Assembly: GCA_043802665.1 (NCBI GenBank)
Contig: JAZDKW010000002.1
Coordinates: 1-57,293, forward strand
Origin: Patescibacteria group bacterium
GTDB lineage: Bacteria > Patescibacteriota > Kazan-3B-28 > UBA10110
Direction of reading: 5' to 3'
DNA: 57,293 nucleotides
The notes under the pieces are model-generated. The model had not been told where the DNA came from and made no database searches. It worked only from the letters and a program-made list of their open reading frames with translations. Shown here piece after piece: positions 18,960 to 27,498 of the stretch. How positions within the stretch are numbered: the stretch's first letter is position 1; every line of letters begins with the position of its first letter. Position numbers and translations under genes: made by a program.

Positions 18960-19395
18960 TTTCTTGCCACTTTTCTGGAAAAGTGGCGTAAAAGCTCCGG
19001 CCAGTCGTCGAGGCTATGAAATGGCAAAAATCTCTGGGTGTTAATGGGCCAAACTCTCCCGCCCCAGTTTAATTTCTTCATCCCAAGCGAAGTCGAGGGA
19101 TCTTTGTCTTTCCCGTCATCCTGAATTTATTTCAGGATCTTAAACTGGGGCGGGATCAAACATGGCCCTCACCCACAGAGATTTTACTCATTTCATAACG
19201 CCTCTCCTCCAATGCCCGGTTAGAAGGGAACAAAAACACCCAAACTCCAATGGCGGGTTGGGAATAGGGAAAAACGCCTCTCTTCCAATGCCCGGGTGAG
19301 GGGGCAAAACCCCAACGGCTCAACCCGTTGAGCCGTTGAAAATCAGTTCTGGGAGCGAATAATTCTTGACAAAAGAGCCGCTTTGGAGTATGTTC
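18960..19395 (+). repeat. Copy B of the composite intergenic module
   Basis: Hairpin GCCACTTTTCTGGAAAAGTGGC (18966-18987). Long-range stem 19004-19030 / 19170-19197 enclosing REP-like hairpins. Three CTCCAATG-type units (19207, 19245, 19282). Hairpin AACGGCTCAA-CCCG-TTGAGCCGTT (19314-19337), then the promoter. Confidence 0.7.
19366..19394 (+). promoter_or_regulatory. sigma70-like promoter (TTGACA-17 nt-TATGTT)
   Basis: Consensus -35 hexamer with 17-nt spacing, about 65 nt upstream of ATG 19458. Confidence 0.6.
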
Positions 19396-19457
19396 AAGTT
19401 AGCACATTAACAATGTGACTACTCAGGCGGTTGTACCGCCAAAAGGAGTGTGCTCTA

Positions 19458-19967
19458 ATGTTTAGAGCCAAAACATCATCAGGAGAATGGACCTTAGCCT
19501 GGAGGCTTTTGGTCGGCAAAAAAAACAGAGCATTTCTGAAAGCGGCGCAGGAAAAAGCCATAATTAGTCGGTATGATCCGGAGGTTTGGGTCACTTTCCA
19601 AAGAACCATCAAAGACGATGAAAGCATCATCGAAAAAACAGTCGTATGGTTTCTCGATTCGTCCAGTTGTGACTTGCAAACATGTGGTTCATTGCTGTCT
19701 TTGAGGCAGTGTGAAGAGGGGGCACCCTTTGCAATTATCAGTAAGGAAAAAATAGGACCACAGAATATCCTGTTGATAACTATTGTGAAGAAGTTTCGCG
19801 AACAGGATATGATTAATCTCGGCTACAAACGAAATGAGGATGGGGAATTCGAAGAAGACAACGCGAGATGTCGTTTCTCTGGTCTCGAGATTAACTCCAT
19901 GGAATGGTTTGAGTGGTTCGAATCCCTTCCAGATGGAGACGAGAGAAAAGAATTTTATCGTGATTAG
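19458..19967 (+). CDS. Hypothetical protein (169 aa)
   Basis: ATG 19458 is preceded by AAGGAG at 8 nt. The ORF track starts at 19431. No recognisable domain. Confidence 0.65.
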   Translation: MFRAKTSSGEWTLAWRLLVGKKNRAFLKAAQEKAIISRYDPEVWVTFQRTIKDDESIIEKTVVWFLDSSSCDLQTCGSLLSLRQCEEGAPFAIISKEKIGPQNILLITIVKKFREQDMINLGYKRNEDGEFEEDNARCRFSGLEINSMEWFEWFESLPDGDERKEFYRD

Positions 19968-19993
19968 TTAGCCTGACTCGTTGTACATTTATA

Positions 19994-20019
19994 CCACCCG
20001 AAAGGGTGGTTTTCTTTTT
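19994..20019 (+). terminator. Intrinsic terminator
   Basis: CCACCC-GAAA-GGGTGG followed by TTTTCTTTTT. Confidence 0.75.
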
Positions 20020-20079
20020 CAGGGAGGGTTGACGGGGGGGATGGTCTGGGGCAGGATATAATAGCTTTGTAGGTAATTT

Positions 20080-21369
20080 TTGAATATGAAATCAGAGAAG
20101 AAGGTAGAAAAATCTAAGGTTGAACTTCGGATTGAATTGGAGGCGAAAGAGTGGAAGGAGTGTGTTAAACAGGCGGCAGATAAATTGTCAGAGGGTTTAA
20201 ATATCTCCGGGTTTCGGCCGGGTAAAGCTCCATTAGAAGTAGTTATTAATAAAGTAGGGGAAACCCGGGTAGTTTCGGAAGCGGCCGAAATAGCCATTAA
20301 TAAGTTCTATTTAATAGCTTTGCAGGAACATCAATTATTGCCGATTGTTCAACCCAAAATATCAGTGGACAAAGTAAGCCAGTCTGCTCCGCTGGTCTTC
20401 CGGGCTGAAATCACGTTGATGCCAGAAGTGGAGTTGGGGGATTATAGTTCTATCCGAATAGAGCAAAACATACCACAAGCTGATCCAACCCGCGTTGAAG
20501 GGATGCTTAAAAATATTCAGCGTCAGCAGGCGAAGTTTAATCCGGTGGAGCGTGCTGTGCAGACGGGTGATTGGGTAGAAATTGATTTTACTGGCAAGAT
20601 TGAAGGAAAAGTTTTTGAGGGTGGCCAAAGCAAAAATCATCCCTTAATTGTGGGGGACGGCGTGTTTTTACCGGACTTTGAAGCCGCTTTGGTCGGGATG
20701 AAAGCAGGCGAAGACAAGACCTTCATGGTAACTTTCCCTGATGATTATCATAAATCAGATTTAACAGGCAAGGTTGTTGAATTCAACGTAAAGTTACATC
20801 GAGTTAAGGCAGTAGTTTTGCCCGAGATTAATGATGAATTGGCCAAAGCGGCAGGTAATTTTGCGACTCTGCAAACATTGCGAGACGATGTTGCTAAGTT
20901 TCTCCAAGAAGATGCTGTGAAACAAGAAACTGATCGGCAAAAGGAAGCCGCGATCAAGCAGTTGATGCAGGTGGCCAAAGTCAATTTACCCCCTGCTTTA
21001 ATTGAGCAAGAAATTGAAGTAATGTTGCATGATTTGACACATCAGTTAGAACATCGTCAGATGACGCTGGAAGAGTACCTCAAAAAGACTGGTGCTACCG
21101 AGGAAAAATTGAGAAATGATTGGCAGGAGATGGCCAAGGAACGCGTTTTGGCAGGGCTATCGTTGAATGCTTTTCGCAAAAAAGAGGGGATTGAAGCGAC
21201 CGATACGGATGTGGACTCAGAAATTAAACGCTTACAAGAGGCTTACCCACAGGAGAAAGACAAGATCGCCGATAAATATCAGCTGGCCGGGGAAAGGCAG
21301 AGATTGAAAACTTTACTTTCCGGTCAAATAGCAATAGAACGACTGTGGCAAATTGCCACCCAAAAGTAG
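20080..21369 (+). CDS. tig: Trigger factor
   Basis: 429 aa with N-terminal GFRPGKAP ribosome-binding motif, a central FKBP-like domain and a C-terminal helical arm. Confidence 0.9.
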   Translation: MNMKSEKKVEKSKVELRIELEAKEWKECVKQAADKLSEGLNISGFRPGKAPLEVVINKVGETRVVSEAAEIAINKFYLIALQEHQLLPIVQPKISVDKVSQSAPLVFRAEITLMPEVELGDYSSIRIEQNIPQADPTRVEGMLKNIQRQQAKFNPVERAVQTGDWVEIDFTGKIEGKVFEGGQSKNHPLIVGDGVFLPDFEAALVGMKAGEDKTFMVTFPDDYHKSDLTGKVVEFNVKLHRVKAVVLPEINDELAKAAGNFATLQTLRDDVAKFLQEDAVKQETDRQKEAAIKQLMQVAKVNLPPALIEQEIEVMLHDLTHQLEHRQMTLEEYLKKTGATEEKLRNDWQEMAKERVLAGLSLNAFRKKEGIEATDTDVDSEIKRLQEAYPQEKDKIADKYQLAGERQRLKTLLSGQIAIERLWQIATQK

Positions 21370-21573
21370 CATGTAGTGAATAAAAGTTGGCGATTAGTAA
21401 AGACCCTCACCCACCTCCCCTTGATGATAAGGGGAAGGGTTATCGTGCCCGTCATCCTGGCTTGACCAGGATCGTATAGATTAATTGTTGTACGATTCTG
21501 GAGTCGCCATAGGGCTCCCCAGAATGACGATATAAGGTATAATGGTTAGAGTTATCCTTAATCTCAAAAATAT

Positions 21574-22173
21574 ATGAGTTTGATACCTATGGTTATTGAA
21601 AAGTCTTCGTTTGGCGAGCGGGCCTTTGATATCTATTCCCGCCTCCTCAAAGACCGGATTATTTTTATCGGTGAACCGATTGATGATAATGTGGCGAATT
21701 TAATTATTGCCCAACTTTTGTTTTTGGAGAGTGAAGATCCCAAAAAAGATGTCTCTATGTACATCAATAGTCCTGGAGGATCGGTAACGGCAGGGATGGC
21801 CATTTACGACACAATGCAACATATCAAATGCGATGTTTCCACAATGTGCGTAGGGATGGCCGCTTCAATGGCCGCGGTACTACTCGCCGCTGGTGCTCAC
21901 GGCAAACGATTTGCTCTTCCTCATGCCCGGATTTTGATTCATCAAGTGATGGGAGGAGCGCAAGGCCAGGCCAGCGATATTGATATTCAAGCCAAAGAAA
22001 TTCTCCGAGTCAAGGTCATCCTAAATGAGATTTTAGCTGACCATACGGGCCAGACGGTAGGTAAGATTGAAAAGGATGCTGATCGCGACTTCTATATGTC
22101 AGCTGATGAAGCCAAAAAATACGGTTTAATTGATAAGGTTGCCGACAAAGCCAAAGTAGTCGCCACTGCCTAA
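21574..22173 (+). CDS. clpP: ATP-dependent Clp protease proteolytic subunit
   Basis: [17 protein letters not shown]...INSPGGSV...GMAASMAA...HQ. Confidence 0.95.
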   Translation: MSLIPMVIEKSSFGERAFDIYSRLLKDRIIFIGEPIDDNVANLIIAQLLFLESEDPKKDVSMYINSPGGSVTAGMAIYDTMQHIKCDVSTMCVGMAASMAAVLLAAGAHGKRFALPHARILIHQVMGGAQGQASDIDIQAKEILRVKVILNEILADHTGQTVGKIEKDADRDFYMSADEAKKYGLIDKVADKAKVVATA

Positions 22174-22287
22174 AGAAGGGCACGGTATTAGGTGCCAAGT
22201 ACCAAGCGGTGGCCCCATTCGGTTCCTCCCCTGCTAATAAGGGGAGGGTAGGAGGGGATTGTTTTTGTGCCGTAAATCAGATAATCC

Positions 22288-22315
22288 TTGACAGGAGCGA
22301 GTTTTTTGATATACT
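22288..22315 (+). promoter_or_regulatory. sigma70-like promoter (TTGACA-16 nt-TATACT)
   Basis: CTTGACAGGAGCGAGTTTTTTGATATACT shares the GGAGCGAGTTTT core with the promoters at 293 and 53265. Confidence 0.55.
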
Positions 22316-22346
22316 GGTGTTAACAAAAAAAAGGAGGACTTTGACA

Positions 22347-22673
22347 ATGACAATGGGCTTGATGATCATCACCGCTGTTGCCTATATCATGGTTTTTCTG
22401 CTCTTTCTGTGGCGGCCCGGTGTGGCCTGTTTAATTCTCGGTGTCGCTATGTGGGTTTGCATGATTCTGAGCGGCTTGTTGCATCAGTTGACTCTGCCTT
22501 TGGCAGAAACTCGTTGGGCTCTGTTGGGTGGCATTGACCTTGCTCAGTCTGGTTGGATGTTGAGCGTGTTGTTGATTATTTTGGCGAGCGCGATGACAAT
22601 ATTGGGCATCGTCGGCGGTGTCAACAGAAGTTATTCTGAATGGATGTTAAAGGCCCCACCCTCACGCAAGTGA
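22347..22673 (+). CDS. Small membrane protein (108 aa, 3 TM helices)
   Basis: ATG 22347 lies 9 nt after AAGGAGG. The upstream part of ORF 22209 translates a REP-like repeat. Confidence 0.7.
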   Translation: MTMGLMIITAVAYIMVFLLFLWRPGVACLILGVAMWVCMILSGLLHQLTLPLAETRWALLGGIDLAQSGWMLSVLLIILASAMTILGIVGGVNRSYSEWMLKAPPSRK

Positions 22674-22684
22674 GGGTTTTTTTA
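22659..22684 (+). terminator. Intrinsic terminator
   Basis: CCCTCAC-GCAA-GTGAGGG followed by TTTTTTT. It overlaps the stop codon. Confidence 0.8.
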
Positions 22685-22756
22685 TACAACAAAATCCTTT
22701 ACTGGGGCTGGTTTTTTGGTATGGTAAGGTTATCTCGTACCTTAAGGAGGAGCTAA

Positions 22757-23032
22757 ATGAGTAAAGACGACGTAGACAGGATGTTGGGTAACGCTGAATG
22801 TACTCTTAGTATAAAAGAAGAGGAGATCGGTGGACTGGGAATAATGTTGAAAAAGATCATTGATACTCCGGAAATCTGGGCGGGTCTGGATAAAGCGGTG
22901 GCCCAAGCTAAAAGGGCAAGGTTCACAGATGCTATCCAGCAAATTGATCGGTTAAAAAAAGACACCATCGGTACGGTGAAGAATGAGATCTTTGATCTAC
23001 GCGAATACCAGCGACAGCGGACTACTGGGTAA
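22757..23032 (+). CDS. Small hypothetical protein (91 aa)
   Basis: An AAGGAGG SD precedes the ATG. A hairpin (GGGCAGTC-GTCA-GACTGCCC) with T-rich tail follows at about 23071-23100. Confidence 0.65.
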   Translation: MSKDDVDRMLGNAECTLSIKEEEIGGLGIMLKKIIDTPEIWAGLDKAVAQAKRARFTDAIQQIDRLKKDTIGTVKNEIFDLREYQRQRTTG

Positions 23033-23112
23033 CATTGTTTTCGTTGTTGTCAAAAATATCCTGTTTGTTGGGCAGTCGTCAGACTGCCCTGTTTTGTTAT
23101 GATGGTTGGGTA

Positions 23113-24051
23113 ATGAATATAGAAATATTGGCCCAAAATTTAGAGCTATTGGTTGGACAAGACCAAGCCAAACATCTCCTAAAACAATGCTTGATTCAAG
23201 GCAGTCGCAACGCGTATTTGTTGGTCGGACCGCCGGGGGTGGGTAAGGGTTGTTTGGCGCGGATTATAGCGGCCAGTTTCCATGACGAGACAGGGGTGAC
23301 CAAGATCCATCCTGATATTTTAGTTTTTGAAGACATTCTCCGTAAGAATGCTGGTGAAGGGGAAGAAAATCGCTGGAAAGCATCGGTGGATGATTTTATC
23401 CGGTTTGTATATTTGTCTCCCGTGAAATCTCGGGTTAAAGTAGGTATTATAGAAGATATCGACCGGTTTAGTCCCGGGGCCTTGAATGCTTTACTCAAGA
23501 CCTTGGAAGAACCTCCCTTGGATGCAATTTTAATTCTTACAGCCCAGGAGACAGCGCATATTTTGCCGACTATCCTTTCTCGCGTGCAAATAGTGAGATT
23601 GCACTATTTGATGGATACAGAGATTAAACAGTATTTGGACAAACAGGGCGCGGCGCGGGCTGAGGAAATTACTTGGTTAGCTAATGGGGCTGTTGGTCGG
23701 GCGAATCAATTAATTAGTGATGAAAAACTATTAGCCACGGCGTTAGCTGATGTGGACAAATTTAATTTTGTTATAAAAAAGGATCTTGGATTAGTGCTCC
23801 AGGCAGTCAATCTTCGCGATCGAGAAGAAGCCATTCAGTTATTGCATACTTGGTTGAATCTATCACGGAGAATATTGCTCTATCGCTGGATGGGAACCCC
23901 TTTACCTGCACAGTTAGAGTCTGGGGCTTCCCAGAAAACCGAGTTAGAACTGATCCGTTTAGTTGATCAGCTTAAGTCTGCCCTGTCTGCTGTTGAGGCT
24001 AACGCTAACGTGCGCATCGCCTTGGAAGCCACGGTATTATCTGTGATGTAA
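23113..24051 (+). CDS. holB: DNA polymerase III delta-prime subunit
   Basis: LLVGPPGVGKGCLA (P-loop-like), ALLKTLEEPP and SRVQIVRL. Start taken at ATG 23113, after the upstream terminator. Confidence 0.75.
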   Translation: MNIEILAQNLELLVGQDQAKHLLKQCLIQGSRNAYLLVGPPGVGKGCLARIIAASFHDETGVTKIHPDILVFEDILRKNAGEGEENRWKASVDDFIRFVYLSPVKSRVKVGIIEDIDRFSPGALNALLKTLEEPPLDAILILTAQETAHILPTILSRVQIVRLHYLMDTEIKQYLDKQGAARAEEITWLANGAVGRANQLISDEKLLATALADVDKFNFVIKKDLGLVLQAVNLRDREEAIQLLHTWLNLSRRILLYRWMGTPLPAQLESGASQKTELELIRLVDQLKSALSAVEANANVRIALEATVLSVM

Positions 24052-24114
24052 TCAGTTTTGTTATAATAGGGGAGTCGCTGAGATATAATTTAGTAGGACT
24101 ATAATTTTTAGCAA

Positions 24115-24717
24115 ATGGCAATGTTGGAATTAGTTATTTTTATTGCGAGTATCGTATTGGTAATGATAATTTTGAGAAAACTACCGCTGGAAAAAGAGGT
24201 GGTTAAAAAGTTAGCACATGAGGCAGGTCAGTTAGATAAGGAAGGGGAAGAAGAGGATAAAGATGAAGATATTATTGCCAAAGCCGATCGTTTAGCACAA
24301 GTGGGTGATTACCAAAAGGCGGAACGAATTTATCTGCGATTAATTACGAATGATCCCCAAAATTCCAGCTTGTATAACAAATTAGCCTTAGTCTATCTGG
24401 GGGATAAGAGTTACGATGATGCCGCCAATGCTCTTGAGCAAGCCTTGCAATTGGAGCCGGATAATGATACTTTTTATAACAACCAAGGACTGTTGTTGTA
24501 TCAACAGGGTCATTATGATGAATCGGTTGATAGTTACGAAAAATCTATCTCCATTAATAACAAAGTAGCATCGCGGTTTATGAATTTAGGGTTGGCCTAT
24601 TTTATGTCTAAGAAATATCGTAAGGCGGCTGATGCCTATGAAAAATCACTGATCCTTGAACCGCACAACGAGGAATTTAAACGGTTGTTAGCCGATGCCG
24701 AAGCTAAGCTCAAATAG
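24115..24717 (+). CDS. TPR-repeat protein with N-terminal membrane anchor
   Basis: Repeated Y-x-x-A-x-x-x-Y-E-K/A-L-x-L-x-P-x-N patterns. Confidence 0.8.
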   Translation: MAMLELVIFIASIVLVMIILRKLPLEKEVVKKLAHEAGQLDKEGEEEDKDEDIIAKADRLAQVGDYQKAERIYLRLITNDPQNSSLYNKLALVYLGDKSYDDAANALEQALQLEPDNDTFYNNQGLLLYQQGHYDESVDSYEKSISINNKVASRFMNLGLAYFMSKKYRKAADAYEKSLILEPHNEEFKRLLADAEAKLK

Positions 24718-24906
24718 TGCCGGTGTAGCTTCCTCCTACGCTTCATCTCATTGGGAATAGATCATTAGTCTCTCCCAATATAGATAGCGCTACGGAGGAC
24801 TGCGCAGTGGTATCTGTTTGCAAGAAGAGATTGGTTCTAGAGAACAAGCACGAAACATTGAAAAGAAGTTGAAAACAGGTTATTTAAAAGAATTATTGAA
24901 AAATTT

Positions 24907-24981
24907 GCCAACTTAGCTCAGCGGTAGAGCAGCTGTTTTGTAAACAGTCGGTCGTCGGTTCGATTCCGACAGTTGGCTCCA
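24907..24981 (+). tRNA. tRNA-Thr (anticodon UGU), CCA encoded
   Basis: Cloverleaf read as GCCAACT/AGTTGGC acceptor, GCTC-AGCGGTA-GAGC D arm, anticodon loop TTTGTAA, and GTCGG-TTCGATT-CCGAC T arm. Confidence 0.9.
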
Positions 24982-24995
24982 TGAATTGAAAACAT

Positions 24996-25081
24996 GCCGG
25001 GGTACTCAAGCGGTCAAAGAGAGCGGTCTGTAAAACCGTTGCCTTCGGGCTACGTAGGTTCGAACCCTACCCCCGGCACCA
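24996..25081 (+). tRNA. tRNA-Tyr (anticodon GUA), long variable arm, CCA encoded
   Basis: GCCGGGG/CCCCGGC acceptor, anticodon loop CTGTAAA, variable arm TGCCTTCGGGCTAC, and GTAGG-TTCGAAC-CCTAC T arm. Confidence 0.9.
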
Positions 25082-25209
25082 GTCTTCGCCCACCTATGGT
25101 GGGCTACGCCTGGCTTCGCCATTTTTTTGGTATAGTGCGATTCGAATTCTTGGAATGTTTGACGTTCTTGGGAAAGGGACTGGGAAAATGGTTTTGGTAT
25201 AGTTGATAT

Positions 25210-25911
25210 ATGGAGTTAGTGGCTAACGCAGGGAAAAATTTGGTGATCGAAATCGGTGGCAAACAATATGCCAGATTTCCTATAAAAACTCACATTATCA
25301 CCAAAGATGATGATATCTTAGAAGTTTGTAAAAAATATGCGGGATCACATTTGATGCCCGATGATATTTTATTTATTAGTGAACGCATTGTGGCAATATC
25401 GCAAGGGCGCGCGTTCCCTATCAAAGAGATCAAGCCGTCAGCTTTAGCTAATTTTTTGGTCAATTTTGTGCATAAATCTCCCTATGGTATCGGATTAGCG
25501 AGTCCGTGGACAATGGAGTTAGCTATCCGTGAAGCCGGAGTACCAAGAATTCTGTTAGCCGCCATAGCGGCGGCAGTAACTAAACCCTTTGGTTTGAAAG
25601 GCGTGTTCTACCGAATGGCGGGGAGCAATGTGAATGCGATTGATGGGCCCTGTTCGTACACCCTACCACCCTATAACGAATATGCTAAGTTGGCACCAGC
25701 CGATCCCAAGGCAGTAGCAGAGTCTATTCGCAAATCCTTGGGTAACGAAGTGATAATCATTGATGCCAATGATTTGGGGGTGGCCATTTTAGGCAAATCT
25801 TCTTCCGAAATTACTGATAATTTCTGCCGACAAGTATTTCAGGATAATCCCTTAGGCCAGTCATCCGAACAAACTCCCTTGTGCATTGTGCGAAAAAGTG
25901 GTTTAACATAA
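25210..25911 (+). CDS. CofE-like (F420-0:gamma-glutamyl ligase family) protein, function uncertain
   Basis: 233 aa. The pattern ISERIVAISQGRA...GIGLASPW...NAIDGP is recalled from the F420-ligase fold family. Not verified. Confidence 0.5.
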   Translation: MELVANAGKNLVIEIGGKQYARFPIKTHIITKDDDILEVCKKYAGSHLMPDDILFISERIVAISQGRAFPIKEIKPSALANFLVNFVHKSPYGIGLASPWTMELAIREAGVPRILLAAIAAAVTKPFGLKGVFYRMAGSNVNAIDGPCSYTLPPYNEYAKLAPADPKAVAESIRKSLGNEVIIIDANDLGVAILGKSSSEITDNFCRQVFQDNPLGQSSEQTPLCIVRKSGLT

Positions 25912-26006
25912 AATAGTTCATTAAATAAGACGATTCAATTCAGAGGGCCTTCCGGCTTTACGCCGGAGGGTATTTTCAGAATCAAGGTGCATATGTTCGA
26001 CTCGTC

Positions 26007-26034
26007 TTGACCCCAATCATAATGGGCATATAAT
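26007..26034 (+). promoter_or_regulatory. sigma70-like promoter (TTGACC-16 nt-TATAAT)
   Basis: Consensus hexamers about 60 nt upstream of ATG 26096. Confidence 0.6.
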
Positions 26035-26095
26035 AAATCAAACATTGATGCCCTTTGATTTTTAGAACAATCCCATATAAAAAGGAGGTGCTTTT

Positions 26096-26545
26096 ATGTA
26101 CCTCTGTAGTTTTTCAGTAATGGCTATTGGAGGGGAGAGTGTGCGGAGATCACAAGATTCTCCTTCCCAATCCGAGTTCCAGCCTGACCCCAAATTGGCC
26201 CAGGTGGGGATAATTATGCTTTCTGCGGGACTCAGCCACGTTCTCTATCGGGAATTGGTCAAAGATACTATCAAATTTCAAAAAAAAATCACTGGTGGTA
26301 CCTCGGTGATTGCACCGGATGGAGTGTTCAGGGCCGCTGGTCCAGTTTGTCTGATTGGCTATATGATGCCACCCGAGCCCGATCATCTCATTGTCCTCTC
26401 GGACATCGCGAACATTTGTAAGTATAGAGGGTGGATAAGGGTATGGCTTATTGTCAGTCGTGGGGAAAAGAATTTTGAGAGACTATCTCAGCAATTGAGC
26501 GGCCTGGGTTTGGAGGTAATTAATGCTCCAAAGACAGAAAAGTGA
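26096..26545 (+). CDS. Hypothetical protein (149 aa)
   Basis: AAGGAGGTG SD 6 nt before the ATG. Weak DUF2325-like pattern (DHLIVLSDIANICKYRG). Confidence 0.65.
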   Translation: MYLCSFSVMAIGGESVRRSQDSPSQSEFQPDPKLAQVGIIMLSAGLSHVLYRELVKDTIKFQKKITGGTSVIAPDGVFRAAGPVCLIGYMMPPEPDHLIVLSDIANICKYRGWIRVWLIVSRGEKNFERLSQQLSGLGLEVINAPKTEK

Positions 26546-26591
26546 TGGCACCGCTTTATTATCCGCACCGCTTTGGCAATCACTCTAAAAT

Positions 26592-26623
26592 AACCAGCTA
26601 CGTGGGGTGGCTGGTTTTTTTTT
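26592..26623 (+). terminator. Intrinsic terminator
   Basis: AACCAGC...GCTGGTT stem followed by a T9 run. Confidence 0.7.
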
Positions 26624-26659
26624 GTTATAATAAAATTAATAATTTGTACCTTTGCAAAA

Positions 26660-27012
26660 TACTATTGCCTATCGAGAGAATCGACATCCGAGATTCATCG
26701 TGAGGCAACTACGATCCATCCGCACCGCATGAAGGCGGAGCATATGACGACGGGCCGGTGAGACTTATCTCATCAACTCATCCGCGTCTCGTATTGGGCT
26801 CAGAAGTATCAAGTCTTTACAGCGCAGGTGGCTGGAGAGGAATTGGCAATCAAAAAAAAGGAGAAAGTTCTTTCTTTAATCTATGGTAGGTACAAGCCTA
26901 TCATCCTCCCCGGTCACCGAGCACTATCCAGGGTGGGAGGTCTGGTTTTCCTCCGCTGACGTCCCATCTCCGAATTAAGTTGAAGGGCCCCTAAGTGGGG
27001 CCCGAACTTTTT
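26660..27012 (+). ncRNA. Candidate structured non-coding transcript (about 340 nt, class unknown) ending in an intrinsic terminator
   Basis: No ORF of 60 aa or more on either strand. Several local hairpins are present. GGGAGG can pair with either the upstream CCTCCC or the downstream CCTCC. Terminator GGGCCCC-TAAGT-GGGGCCC plus TTTTT lies at 26985-27012. The 5' end is not defined. Confidence 0.35.
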
Positions 27013-27073
27013 AGATTGCCTATCATAGATCTAATCTGATACAATTTGACCAGGTTTCGATCATTATAAGAAT

Positions 27074-27184
27074 GCCGAGGTAGCTCCCGCCAGCAACGCT
27101 GGGGCGTAGCTCTTGCGGGCTGGCAGTGGTACCTGCCTGCCGGTTTACCTGCCGTTAGGCATGGTAGGCAGGGAGCAACTCCAT
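27074..27184 (+). pseudogene. Duplicated 5' exon of tRNA-Thr(GGU) interrupted by two hairpin insertions
   Basis: GCCGAGGTAGCTC [38-nt insert] AGTGGTA [41-nt insert] GAGCAACTCCAT. The non-insert parts are identical to 27222-27253. No 3' half follows. Confidence 0.7.
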
Positions 27185-27221
27185 CTAAACTATTAAATCA
27201 ATAAAACTTGTGTGTGTTAAT

Positions 27222-27498
27222 GCCGAGGTAGCTCAGTGGTAGAGCAACTCCATGGTAGAGCATTCACTCTCTGCCCACTGGCAAAGAAATTTGTTAGTGA
27301 ATCCCGAATAACGGTCAAAGATTAGTGCCGAATTAAGACCGTGGCGGTAAAATCGCCCGAACGACTGACAAGGGAGGCTTCGTCTCGCAAGAGAAATGCC
27401 TAAGATACAGTCTAATCCTCTCGTATATGGTAATAATATTTAAGGAGAGGTGTAAATGAAGGAGTAGGTCGTGAGTTCGAATCTCATCCTCGGCTCCA
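27222..27498 (+). tRNA. tRNA-Thr (anticodon GGU) interrupted by a 202-nt intron after position 36; CCA encoded
   Basis: The 5' exon (27222-27256, GCCGAGGTAGCTCAGTGGTAGAGCAACTCCATGGT) and 3' exon (27459-27498, AAGGAGTAGGTCGTGAGTTCGAATCTCATCCTCGGCTCCA) join into a canonical 75-nt cloverleaf. Confidence 0.85.
27257..27458 (+). ncRNA. Group I-like intron in the tRNA anticodon loop
   Basis: The 5' exon ends in U and the intron ends in G. GACTG/CAGTC (a P7-like pair) flanks a hairpin with a GCAA tetraloop (P8-like). GGTCAAAG (J3/4-like), a GGCG-GTAAAAT-CGCC hairpin, and a terminal CCTCTC...GAGAGG hairpin (P9-like) are also present. Its length is similar to known about 200-nt bacterial tRNA introns. 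Confidence 0.6.

Noticed and set aside
26660-27012. T-box leader, RNase P RNA, tmRNA, SRP RNA or 6S RNA identity for the unknown RNA
   Set aside because: AGAGA and AGGGTGG fragments recall T-box elements, but no aminoacyl-tRNA synthetase or amino-acid gene follows. There is no GAGGAAAGTCC (RNase P), no tRNA-like 3' end or tag ORF (tmRNA), and no SRP domain IV motif.
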